Shown here: positions 38,676 through 50,336 of the stretch, one piece after another | Numbering within the stretch: the first letter of the stretch is position 1 | Layout of the letters: every line of letters starts with the position of its first letter | Source: Mobula hypostoma | Lineage: Eukaryota | Length of the DNA stretch: 64,000 nucleotides | Assembly: GCF_963921235.1 (NCBI RefSeq) | Contig: NC_086107.1 | Span: forward strand, 110,238,001-110,302,000 | Direction of reading: 5' to 3' | Translations under genes and position numbers: made by a program | The notes under the pieces: generated by a model | Told to the model about the DNA's origin: nothing | Seen by the model: the letters and a program-made list of their open reading frames with translations, nothing else | Databases searched by the model: none

Positions 38676-38756
38676 CTCTTGAGTCTTTTTCAAGATGGAA
38701 TCATTGCGAGCTTGATTTGCTGACCCCAGCCTTTTCTCTATCTGCATCAGCTTTGC
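38676..38756 (-). CDS. ATF7IP: ATF7IP coding exon (AKLMQIEKRLGSANQARNDSILKKTQE)
   Basis: tattttctgcag| acceptor, GAG|gttggt donor; 81 nt, phase 0-0. Continues the coiled coil. Confidence 0.85.
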
Positions 38757-39564
38757 CTGCAGAAAATACAAGAGCACAATCATTAAGAAGTTCAAGTTTA
38801 AAAATCTTGGTCCAGAGTTCTAGTCAGCCAAAGCTCCTACCCCAACACTACTCTCAGCTGACTGTCAATTAGATTATCTTAAAGCTAAAAAATATGAATG
38901 TTCACAATTAACACTCCTACCAACACTATCAGAAATGTTCATAGATGACCGCATAACATTCAATTTCATTCTCAACTCCTTGGCAAATGTAACAACCCAA
39001 ATCTGCATGAGCCTGAAAATATTCAAGCATGGGCTGATAAATCAGTAATAAGTCACTTCATTACCTAACATCTGGGGGTGGGTTAGTACCAACCATAAAG
39101 ATAACTAAGCCAGCCAGATAAATATTCTGGCTACTAGAGGTGGTCAGAGACTCGCTCTTGGTACCGCAAAGCCTTTTCAACAATGTCAAGAATATGAGTG
39201 TGTTTTTCCCTTCCTTGGATAAACGTAGCTCAAAAACTTTCATCTCAATACCATCCACAACAAAGCTGGGTGCTTTGTTGGTAGTCTATTCAGCATCCTA
39301 TTCAATTCCTTCATATGTTCACAATAATGTATATCATTTAAAAACTGATTAGGCTTCCCCAACATTCACTGGTACTTTCCATTTTTCATTGCTGCTATTT
39401 CACATAGTTATACTACTTCATGTTTTGTTATAATAGTGTCAGTGACACCACAGTGACATTATATTGCCCTACATAAGCATGCACCTCATACTTCATGTTA
39501 ACCTGTCAATCTTCAGGCCATGTCACTCAGGGAATGTGCCAATATTACTTTATATGTATGTAAC

Positions 39565-40085
39565 ATAGAAACATAGAAAATAGGTGCAGGAGTAGGCCAT
39601 TCAGTCCTTCGAGCCTGCACCGCCATTCAGTACGATCATGGCTGATCATCCAACTCAGAACCTTGTACCAGCCTTCTCTCCATACCCCCGATCCCTTTAG
39701 CCACAAGGGCCATATCTAACTCCCTCTTAAATATAGCCAATGAACTGGCCTCAACTGTTTCCTGTGGCAGAGAATTCCACAGATTCACCACTCTCTGTGT
39801 GAAGAAGTTTTTCCTCATCTCGGTCCTAAAAGGCTTCCCCTTTATCCTCAAACTGTGACCCCTCGTTCTGAACTTCCTCAACATCAGGAACAATCTTCCT
39901 ACATCTAGCCTGTCCAATCCCCTTCGGATTTTATACGTTTCAATAAGATCCCCCCTCAATCTTCTAAATTCCAGAGAGTATAAGCCTAGCCGATCCAGTC
40001 TTTCATCATATGAAAGTCCTGCCATCCCAGCAATCAATCTGGTGAACCTTCTTTGTACTCCCTCTATGGCAAGAATGTCTTTCCT
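39565..40085 (-). mobile_element. 5'-truncated CR1 LINE, apparently young
   Basis: Open frame RKDILAIEGVQRRFTRLI...LYSLEFRRLRGDLIETYKI...FFTQRVVNLWNSLP, with a (TTTCTATG)n tail. Confidence 0.9.
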
Positions 40086-40552
40086 ATGTGCTGGATTGTA
40101 ACAAGATGTGCTGTGTGTGACTATATGACTGTGTTTTACACCTTGGCCACAGAAGAACAATGCTAGCTGTATACATGTTGGTGTGTATGGTTGAATGACA
40201 ATAAACCTGAACTGGAGATGTAGAACCTCCATCACCAACAAGCACCGGAGCACCATTACCAGCAGGTACCCCTCCAATTCACATATCATCCTGATTTGGA
40301 AATATACCGTCAATCCTTTATCATGGCTGGGTCTACCCTGGAATACCCTATCGGAACAGAACCGTGGGAGCATTTTAACCAGATGGACTGGTGTAGTTCA
40401 AGACGACAATTAAAGATGATAGCCTTGTCAATGATGCCTAGATTCCAAAGAACAAATTTGCTCTTTCAAACATTAATAGACATACAGCCGTAGAATCAGT
40501 ATTTACAATATTTCTAACAGGATATAGGCATGCCTTTTAATTTTTAACTACA

Positions 40553-41109
40553 TGTAACACGCTGTAAGGCTTCACTGCTAATGTAATGGCCTCTCTGTAA
40601 TGTTTCACTGCTAAGGTAATGGTTTCTCTGTAGCAGCAATATTTGAGTTATGACTAGAGCTAATGGGGGTTTTGGACTGTATGCTAGCCAATGAGAGGCA
40701 TGTTGTTCTTTCTTGTGGGTCTGGGAGCAGGGATTTCGTGGTCTTTTGTCAGCGAGAGATGAACAGGGGAGACGCGAGTGGAGAGAGTTGGTACACTAGG
40801 TGCGAGGATCTGAAGGTCAGCGACGCTCGGAGAAGGTCGATGGGGAAGAATGGTTGAATTCATGAGCTCCAATGTGCACGTTAGACTGTTTCATTAAAAT
40901 GGGCCCTTTTTCTTTTCTTTACTCACCCTATAGTCAGATTAAGATTTATCAAGTTCAATTGTTTAATTGCTTATGGTGTACTGTCTGATATTTTGTGGTT
41001 CTGATCAACACATCACGCAGCATCCACACAAACGAGATTTCTCAGTTTGGCTGGGCCAGAAGCTGTCTTCCCCTAGACAAACGCATGATGGCCGAACCTC
41101 AGGGTTACA
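40553..41109. mobile_element. Solo LTR (probably Gypsy-type)
   Basis: TGTAAC...GTTACA termini with 4-bp TSD TACA (40549-40552, 41110-41113). Confidence 0.8.
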
Positions 41110-41420
41110 TACACATCTGGTGTTTTCAATCATTTTACTTGCATTACAGAGATTCCAATAGCAGGTTAACCTGTTTAACTGGAACCAAAATCCTAATTTC
41201 ATAAAGGTGCTCTTTAAGCTTACAATGACACAAGACAAAGTTGAGTATTTGAGGGAGATTTACAGAGGTATCCACAATAACCATTTCAAACATATTATCA
41301 AGTCTTGAATCTTTATTCGCAAGCAGTGAGGAACTGGGAGCAACTCCGGTCATTTGTCAACCGTTTTTCCCAAATTACTTCCACATTTTGTACAGAGTGA
41401 CTATGGATTCTCATAATTAC

Positions 41421-41558
41421 CTGTAAGCCACTGATTAAAGATTCGTGCCTTGTATTGCATTCTATCTTTTCGACTCTGTTTTTGAGCTCTGCCAATTTCT
41501 TATCAAAAACACCACTTTGCAAGGCATTGATACGCTCTTCAATAATCTGTTGAACGAT
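41421..41558 (-). CDS. ATF7IP: ATF7IP coding exon, coiled coil (IVQQIIEERINALQ...SGLQ)
   Basis: FDKKLAELKNRVEKIEC resembles the ATF7IP SETDB1-binding coiled coil. tttttgcacag| acceptor, CAG|gtaatt donor; 138 nt, phase 0-0. Confidence 0.93.
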
Positions 41559-42259
41559 CTGTGCAAAAATAAAATTGGAGTTACACACTGTGGGTAATAC
41601 TATTGCCCCCATTCCTATGCATTCGCTTCGGCTGGAAAACCTGCCTCAGCGCTTAAGCCATCACATACTTTTGTGATTTCTGCAAAAAGACATGAATGAT
41701 ATTATTCCACATGCAGCACTCTTGCTGGCGATTTATAGGAGGCCTTAGACCATTTAGCTCAAAGAATGCTTATTGTAGGACAAACGTAAGTTGACTTGGT
41801 GCTAACTTTGAAACTGCAGATCTGTCATGTGAGAGTTAAATAAATGTAAAGCTGAAATCGACAAGTTTTTGGATGGAGAATAAACACAGCATCAAGGCAA
41901 GTTGTGGCGGGCAGGGCAGGGCAGGGGTGGTAGCTGATGGAATGGATAAAGCATAGGATCAGATACTGAATGGCTGAGCAACCCTTTGATCTTCTTCTCC
42001 TTGTTCCTATATAATGTGCCTAAAAATTCTGATTAATATGTGTCCACAAATCCTAGGTACAAGTGCCAATCATCTACTATTCATCATTTCACGTTTTTCC
42101 ACACCTGATTTAGAAAGTAATCAAATTTCTAGAATTGTAATAAGTAAGATAATTGGCCTGAAAACCAATAACCTAAGTGCCAGTATCAGGTTAGCAGGGT
42201 TAAGAAAGACTTCAGTCTAGAAAGCGAGATGCTGAGAAAATGAAATATATCCTGGTAGG

Positions 42260-43510
42260 GCCATGAGAGAATCCGCACACTTGTGCAATTGGACACTGGG
42301 TTTCCTCACTTGCAGACCCCAGTCAGTTTGGATTGGTAAAAACATCTCCTCTACAATCTCCATCAGCACAGGTGCACCAAAGGCTGTGTGCTTAGCCTCT
42401 GCTCTACTCACTTTATGACTGTGGGGCTAAGTACAGCTTCAACATCATATTCAAGTCTGCTGATGACATAATTGTTGTGGGCCGTATCAAAGTTGGTGAT
42501 GAATTAGCATACAGGAGGGAGAATGAAAATTTGGCTCAGTGGTGTCATTAACATGATGGTGTGAGCCCTGAGGCTCTTGTATCTTCTGTCTGATGACAGC
42601 AGCGAGAAAAGAGCATTGCCTGGGTGGTGAGGATCTTTGATGATAGGTGCTGTTTCTTATTTCAGCGTTTCATGTAGATGTGCTCAGTGAGTGGGAAGGC
42701 TCAATGTCAACAAGAGCAAGGAACTAATTGTAGACTTCAGGAGAGGGAAACCAGAGGTTAATGAGCCAGTAATCATCAGGGGATCAGAGATGGAGAGAGT
42801 CAGATGGAGAAGGTGTCACTATCTCAGAGGACCTGCCCTGGACCCATCATATAAATGTAATTGCAAGGAAAGCACATCTACTTCTCCTTAGAAGGCTGCG
42901 GAGATTCAGCATGACTTCAAAAACATTGACAAATTTCTATACGTGTAGTGGGAAAGCGTGCTAACTGATTGCATTATAGCCTGGTATAGGAACACCAATG
43001 CCTTTCTGTTCAAGGTTCTATAAAAGGTAGTGGATTCAGCCCAGTACGTCATGGGTAAAACCCTCCCACTCACTGAGCACATCTACATGAAATGCAGAAA
43101 CAGGAAACAGCATCTATCATCAAAGATCCTCACCACCCAGGCAATGCTCTTTTCTCCCTGCTGTCATCAGGCAGAAGATACAACAGCCTCAGGACTCACA
43201 CCATCAGGTTCAAGAACAGTTACTACCACTCAACCATTAGGCTCTTGAACAAAAAAAAAGAGGGTAATTACACTCATCTATTGAGACTCACTTTAAGGAT
43301 TCTTTGTCTTGTTATTTCATGCTCTTTTGTTATTTATTACTATTTATTTATATTTACATTTCAACAATTTGTTGTCTTCTATGCCCTTGCTCTTTTACTG
43401 ATGCTGTTTACAGTTACTATTCTATAGAGTTGTTGAGTATGCCCACAGGAAAAAGAATCTCAGGGTTGAGGAGACATGGATGCACACTGATAATACATCT
43501 TACTTTGAAT
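42260..43510 (+). mobile_element. Rex/Babar-like LINE 3' remnant
   Basis: LNVNKSKELIVDFRR and SIIKDPHHPGNALFSLLSSGRRY motifs. Confidence 0.75.
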
Positions 43511-43803
43511 TTTGAAAAAAATCAAAATATGGATGCCTTTCAAAAACTGTACTAAATTCAGCTAAGGAAAGAATATCACCTGTGTGAAGACAACAAGAGT
43601 GTAACCAACAGACAGAATAGCTTGGACCAAACTATTACAAAGATTGGAGCTGACAACATGGGTTCCTGTCTGACATCAAGAGGTTGCAGAAAGAGAAGAG
43701 TTCCAGTTGACTAAGCAGACATCACACGCTGGACCAATGATATGGTGAAAAAAAAAGAGCCATTTTCTAATGACACAGCGAAACATTAGCAAAGATTACA
43801 TAC

Positions 43804-43949
43804 CTTCTCCAATGTCTGACGGATCTCGCCTCGGGCAGTGATCTTCACTTTTAAGGCTGCTTCATATTCACCTTCAGAAAACCGACACCGTTTCGATATA
43901 CTACTTTCCATGTCTTCAGACTTGGACCTTTTCCGTGGCACTACTTCAT
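43804..43949 (-). CDS. ATF7IP: ATF7IP coding exon (EVVPRKRSKSEDM...RQTLEK), basic NLS-like region and start of the SETDB1-binding region
   Basis: RKRSKSEDM and KVKITARGEI motifs resemble ATF7IP. ctctgcag| acceptor, AAG|gtatgt donor; 146 nt, phase 1-0. Confidence 0.92.
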
Positions 43950-44814
43950 CTGCAGAGATGGACAAAGATATTTCTTTTTTAAAATACCAAGCTTCCAAAA
44001 TTCATTTTCATTTGGGGATCTCTCACAATTACTGATCAAATAGATATGGTGCATATGATGAAGAATAAAAGGAACATCATTCAAAATTTCACTTTTCTAA
44101 ATCTGTGAACACTATAAAACTGTGACCAAATACACAGGATAAAGGTTTTGGAAAGACTGCCAGGTTACAGCTTCAGTTTACATTGATACCCAATTCTGCA
44201 GGCAGTACTTTACACCTTTGGGATGAATGGCCTGTTCCTGTGCTGTGCTGTACTGTTCTACATATATCGTCATTGTTTAATTTTCCGTGTCTGATCCTAT
44301 GGCCAACTACTGCATTTTGTGTTCCCCAATGTAAGAAAAATACTTAATTCAATTTGTAACCCACAGTTGCAACACCCTCTAAGGGTTTAGTGCTGCACTT
44401 TTTGGAACGGCTGGGAGGGTAGAGATGCATCTCTACCAAAAGAGGTGTAAGGCCCTCCTTCTCTCCACTAGCCTGCGGGTCACCCTTGGGCAAACTGTAA
44501 CACTTGATTAGCCTCTCTCACCCCACCCCCCAGATCAGGGTCATGTTACAATATAGGAGCAGCTGGTGTACATCACAAATCCTGGTTAGGTGACCACTGG
44601 CGTCAGGCAGACAACCTCTGAATAGCATTGGTAATGGCAGGGGTCATCCATCTTGTTAGGACAGTGCCCAGAAAAAGACAACAGCAAACCACTTCTGATT
44701 GCTCATGTCATACAGCATGGCACGTAACAAACAAAAATTAAGGAAACCAATTCAGTTTACTTGCTGATCACTGCCCCAAACCTCAGTACATTTCCCTTTC
44801 TATTCATTTTACTT

Positions 44815-45070
44815 AGAGAGAGATACAGCATCGAGTAGGCCCTTTGAGCCGAGCCTGATTCAACCCCAGTCAAATTATGGGATGATTTACAATGGCCATT
44901 TAATCTACCAACCAGTACATCTTTAGGCAGTGGGAGGAAACCAGAGCACTGGTGAAAACTCATGTATTCCATGGGGAGGACATATAGGTTTCCTATAGAT
45001 TATTTCGGAATATACTCCGAACTTTGACGCCCCAAGTGTATTAGCGCCACGCTAACCACTACACTACTGT
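44815..45070 (-). mobile_element. tRNA-derived SINE
   Basis: Reverse complement of the same SINE core (AGTGTAGTGGTTAGCG...GGTTTCCTCCC...TTAAATGGCCATTGTAAAT). Confidence 0.55.
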
Positions 45071-45942
45071 GCAAAGGACTATAATGGAAAAAACTTGTAT
45101 TTCACACAAGTGTACACCTCAATACATCAAAACTACTGGAACTTGAGCTCAAATCTATCACAAACAGATGGAGGGCAAAAGTTTTTAAATGAAAGAAGCT
45201 GGGCAATCACAGATAAAAAGCACCCAATAAGTGACACATGGGCACATGTTTCATTGCTTAGCAGTTTGTTGCTTGCAATGATTACAAGGAATGCTTACAT
45301 CCAATGGTAGCTTGAACTTTATGTAGTGAAGGACATTAGGCAGAAACTATAAGATGCATTACTGGACAAGATGTCACTAACTATTACCTAAACTGTACCA
45401 TATCTGGCCTGAAAGTACAAAATGAATTCCCTGAGTGAAAAGGAAAACATTTCACTCAACAGCATTGTCATGTCACACCCTAATCAGAACCAAAATTAAA
45501 AAGTTATGCCTTCAGTTTCATGATCACCCTGTTGCCACAATTCCCATCAAAAAATGTGCTTTTGTCTACCTAACAGCACAAGTTCTGGAAAAATCTATGC
45601 CTACATTGTCCTATCCACAACTGTCCAAAACTGTACCTCTCCCAAATTGTTACCTGCCTCAAATTATGACATTTTGGAATATCAAATGTGTGTCACGTTA
45701 CAGAAGTGGAGAAGAATTGTTGCTACCGACAGCAGCAACGATACATCAACAAATGGGAACTTCAATTATATACATGTTTCAAATAGGCAACAGCTACAGA
45801 ATTCAGTAGCCTAGATAGATAAAGTTTGTATCAAGCATACTTTACTGAGTGAGAATACACAAGGTGAAACATAGTTGTAGAAACAATATTGATACGATGT
45901 CAACTTTGCGCAACATTTTCCTTCAAGTTCAAATGCACTTAC

Positions 45943-45996
45943 TTGGTTCTTGCTTTTGTTCTATCTCAGCTGCTTGCTCTTCTTTGTGGTCTGCAT
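45943..45996 (-). CDS. ATF7IP: ATF7IP 54-nt coding exon (DADHKEEQAAEIEQKQEP)
   Basis: Acceptor ctttgcttctcag|AT, consensus donor CCAA|gtaagt, phase 1-1, open acidic frame. Not in the ORF track. Confidence 0.75.
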
Positions 45997-47536
45997 CTGA
46001 GAAGCAAAGTACCAGAGCAGTTAATGAATCACTTTATAATTCATCAGTGCATCATCTACCTCAATGTATGTACCCCACCTCTAGAAAAACCATCAGTTCC
46101 TGTCCAGCTTAACCGTTCGAAACTAACTCAGAGCTAACAGCAATACGATCAGAGACAAACACCAAAATTAAAGGTTAAAAGTACTAAACCCAAGTGAACA
46201 ATACAAGATTATAAAAACAACTGGAACGATAGAAAATATAGGACTGATTGGTCATTCCTTAAGTGCCACAAGTGTCTCATTGAAAACCCACTGTCTTCAT
46301 CTTATGGTTTAAATCCCACTAGCCTCTTGCACATCTTCAGTGATGGATTTTCAACACCAAGTACCATAAAAGGTCAGATGGTGCATAATCGGTATTCTTT
46401 TCACTTCAGATTTTCAATAATTGCTGTAATTTTGTCCTTTAGGACCGACACAGTTAATTTCATTTTTTCCCCACCACTCTTTTTACATGCCTTCAACATT
46501 CTCTTAGTCAATAGCACCATGTCATTTAGTATTTCCTCAGTCCCCACCCCATCACAGACATTTCTTTATTCTCTCCATCTATCCCCTTTCCCTTGCAATT
46601 TAAAAATGTTTGTTTTTTTAAAAAAATCTTTTCTAGTACTGATGAACCAAAGTTTCTACTTTTTTCTCTCATTCTGCAGATGCTGCCTGACCTGCTGTGG
46701 CCTGAGAATTTTATACTTTAATTCTATCTCTGAGTACTCTTTCCAAATCGCACATAATCCTCATGTGGATGTTCCTAAAATCCCTGACATTATTATGGGA
46801 GCACCTTTGTTGTACGGACCACAGCAATTCCACACACCACTCACATCTTTCTAAAGAATAAACAGGATGATTAACACATGCTCTGCTAGCAACACGTATT
46901 CCATGAATAAATAAATACATTTTTTTGCTGGTTATGCGCATTTTACAATTGTATGCTCAACTATTAAAGCTTAGATTGTAATACACGCTTGCCAATGATA
47001 GGTCCTGTAATCCTTCCTACTCGGAGGTCACACTGCAAATGTCTGCTCTAAACTTGTAGACACAGCAAAAAGGGTCTTAAACAATCCACTTAGTTGACTC
47101 TGATGTCATGAACCAAAAACAGAAAAAAAATCATACAAATTTAATTAAAATACAACTTTTCTGTCATTGCTTACCCCAGCTACCTGTCTAAGCCACAACT
47201 CGCATCACCTCTTTACTTACATCCTCCCCAAAACACAGCTCTTTGGCATAGTTATTTTAAATCTATTCTCTAAAAATCTTCCAATTAAATATTGGTTAAC
47301 CATATTTTTTTTTCATCTGATTACACCTTTGTGAAGCACCTTTGGTTTCCCCCCATATTATAGTGTTTATACAGATGCTTTTCATAATACCGTCACTGTT
47401 ATCCGATTCCTCACACTTTACATCTCTCATGTTTACTACTGTTGTATTTTCATTTCTATTTCATTTCATTCACATTTTAGCATTAGTTAAAAAAAAATAT
47501 TTTTGGACCTTTCACTCTGCAACACGTTCTCAATTT

Positions 47537-47667
47537 AAGTCCTGATGAAGGGTCTCGGCCTGAAACGTCGACTGCACCTCTTCCTACAGATGCTGCTTGG
47601 CCTGCTGCGTTCACCAGCAACTTTGATGTATGTTGCTTGAATTTCCAGCATCTGCAGAATTCCTGTT
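47537..47667 (+). mobile_element. Penelope-like terminal fragment with a minimal hammerhead motif
   Basis: 10-bp TSD TTCTCAATTT (47527-47536, 47668-47677). Same sequence as the arms at 26.3 kb and 55.3 kb. Confidence 0.75.
47538..47573 (+). ncRNA. Minimal type I hammerhead ribozyme motif
   Basis: AGTC-CTGATGA-AGG-GTCTCGG-CCT-GAAA-CG-TC^GACT: stem I AGTC/GACT, intact core, and a self-complementary ACGT in place of stem III. Confidence 0.6.
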
Positions 47668-47689
47668 TTCTCAATTTTTTGCTGTATTT

Positions 47690-48770
47690 GCATTTAATAC
47701 CATCATTCCCACAATCCTGGTTGAGAAGTTGCAGAACCTGGGCCTCTGTACCTCCCCCTGCAATTGGATCCTCGACTTCCTAACCAGAAGACCACAATCT
47801 GTGTGGATTGGTGATAACATATCCTCCTCACTGACTACCAACACTGGTGCACCTCTGGGGTGTGTGCTTAGCCCACTGCTCTACTCTCTATATACACATA
47901 ACTGTGTGACTAGACGTAGCTGAAATACCATCTATAAAATTGCTGATGATACAACCATTGTTGGTAGAATCTCAGGTGACAACAAGAGAGCATACAGGAG
48001 TGAAATATGTGAACTAGCGGAGTGGTGCCACAGCAACAACCTGGCACTCAATGCCAGTAAGACGAAAGAGCTGATTGTGGATTTCAGGAAGGGTAAGATG
48101 AAGGAACACATGCCAATCCTCTACAGGGAAGTTCCTGCGTGCATGATCTCTAAGAATCTAACCTGGTCCCAACAAATCGATGTATTTATAAAGGTGGCAA
48201 GACAGCAGCTGTACTTTATTAGGAGTTTGAAGAGATTTGGCATGTCAACAAATACACTCAAAAACTTCTATAGCTGTACCATGGACAGCATTCTGACAGG
48301 CTGCATCACTGTCTGATATGGAGGAGCTACTGCAAAGGACCAAAAGAAGCTGCAGAAGGCTGTAAATCTAGTCAGCTCCATCTTGGGTACTAGCCTGCAA
48401 AGTACCCAGGACATCTTCAGGGGGTGGTGTCTCAGAAAGGCAGCGTCCATTATTAAGGACCTCCAGCACCCAGGGCATGCCCTTTTCTCACTGTTACCAT
48501 CAGGTAGGAGGTACAGAAGCCTGAAGGCATACACTCAGCGATTCAGGAATAGCTTCTTACCCTCTGCCATCCGATTCCTAAACGGACATGGAACCTTTGG
48601 ACCTTTATACAGTATTTCCATTTTTGCACTTTTTAAAAATCTATTCAATATACACAATTGATTTACTTGTTTACTTATTATTTTTATTTTATTTATATAT
48701 TATTTGAAGTGCTAAGTTAACAAATTTCACGTCACATGCCGGTGATAATAAACCTGATTCTGACAGTTGT
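47690..48770 (+). mobile_element. Rex/Babar-like LINE RT remnant
   Basis: [34 protein letters not shown], and tail AAACCTGATTCTGA. Confidence 0.8.
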
Positions 48771-49237
48771 CTTTTTTTTTGCACATTGTCTGTTCAGTAT
48801 TTGCTTGCATGCAGTTTTCATTGATCCTATTTTTTTTGTATCTATTGTGAATGCCACAATAAAATGAATCTCAATGTAGTTCATGGTGACATATGTGCAC
48901 TTTGATAATAAGTTTATTTTCAACTTAGAAAAGGAGGATATTTTTCATCTTTTTCTTGCACTTCACCATTGAGATCTAGGGGTAAAACCTTTTCTACTCT
49001 GTCCTAACTATGGAATACCTGTAATGTGAAATTCCCACTTTTATATTCTTAAAGACAAACTTCAATAAGTCACACCCATTAGGAAATAGTACAAAAATCA
49101 AGCAAGCTTTTTTATACATACATTAGGTATTTATGAATGTTAACACTAATTGATAAAGTAGTCACTCCTCCCTTAAAGTTTCAGACCGCATCCAAACCTC
49201 TTTCAGCAAGATTGCACAAGATACCCAAACAATGTAC

Positions 49238-50336
49238 CTGCACTATCATTTTTTGGTACCAGCTCTTCACTTTCTGTTTGCTTCTCAGCTACCGGCTCAT
49301 CCTCATCAGACAAGACAAGAAATGCTTCTTCAGGCAAGTTGCCATTACATTCCTCTTTTGAGGGAGAATTATTGAGAGAAGTGTCCATTTGTTCTTCTTG
49401 CAATGGACTGTCCTTTGGCGTTGGGGATTCCACTGCAGGATCATTTTCTTGCTTGCTGGATAATTCACCATCCTTCTCTGGAGCCAATTTCTCCAGAATA
49501 GGAATTATATCTCCAATTTCCAATTGGCCACTTCCAACTGATCTGTTCTCATTTAATGCATCTTTTGTTGCACTTTCACTTTCAGTCTCTGCACACTCCA
49601 CTTTAGAGTTCTCACTGTCATTTTTCTCCTGTACAGATTCTACGCTACTTGTTATTGCCTCTTCACTAACACCCACTGAATTTTCACAGACTTCCTTTTC
49701 CCTCACAGAGGAAGATGATGATGACTGTAACAAAAGATTACTCTCATCTGGTACATCGTGAGCCCCATTTTCATCAACAGGGGGTGGTTTCCCTTCATCT
49801 GAAAGGCTCGGATCAGTACTTGAATTATCTGCTATTGAAGGCTCCTCCTTTGACGCAACAAACTCTGGTTCCACAACATCATTTGCTTTGCTATCACTGT
49901 CCGTCAAAACTTGGTTTTCTGCACTTTCAGCAGATATTTGTTCATCTTCAGCAACTGAGGGCATAGAGTCCATTTTTTCATCTTGTGGGCTTGAGTCCTT
50001 ATCATCACTAAGACATTTTTCAGCAAGACTTAGTTCAGGTATTTGTGCAATGCCAAGATCGTCAACGGAGTTGCCTTGCAGTTCTTCTGGACCCAGCCTC
50101 ACATCATTAATGCAGTCAATGTCTGTATCATCCATGCAGTTGGTACTTAATGACGTTTTGCCATCGGAATCGCCATTCTCGTGTTTACCATTACAGAGTT
50201 TAGTTTTGGTTTCTTCATTGGCTTTTAAAAGCTCCTCTCTGCTTTTATAGATAGCTTCTAGCTGTTGTCGGTCACTTGCGCGCATGGTTTTTCTAGCCTT
50301 GAAAACTTTTCTTGGAAGCTCTTCACTGGTATCCAT
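49238..50336 (-). CDS. ATF7IP: ATF7IP first coding exon (exon begins 50346; ATG at 50336)
   Basis: MDTSEELPRKVFKARKTMRASDRQQL closely resembles the vertebrate ATF7IP N-terminus and is followed by a long acidic region. Acceptor ...cttttcag|GCATTCTGAGATG; donor GCAG|gtacat; 1099 coding nt, phase 1. Confidence 0.95.

Noticed and set aside
39636..40373. 245-aa ORF as a host gene
   Set aside because: Its C-terminal part is CR1 ORF2 and the N-terminal part is chance read-through.
49339..50250. Plus-strand ORFs of 83-140 aa
   Set aside because: Antisense shadows of the large ATF7IP exon.
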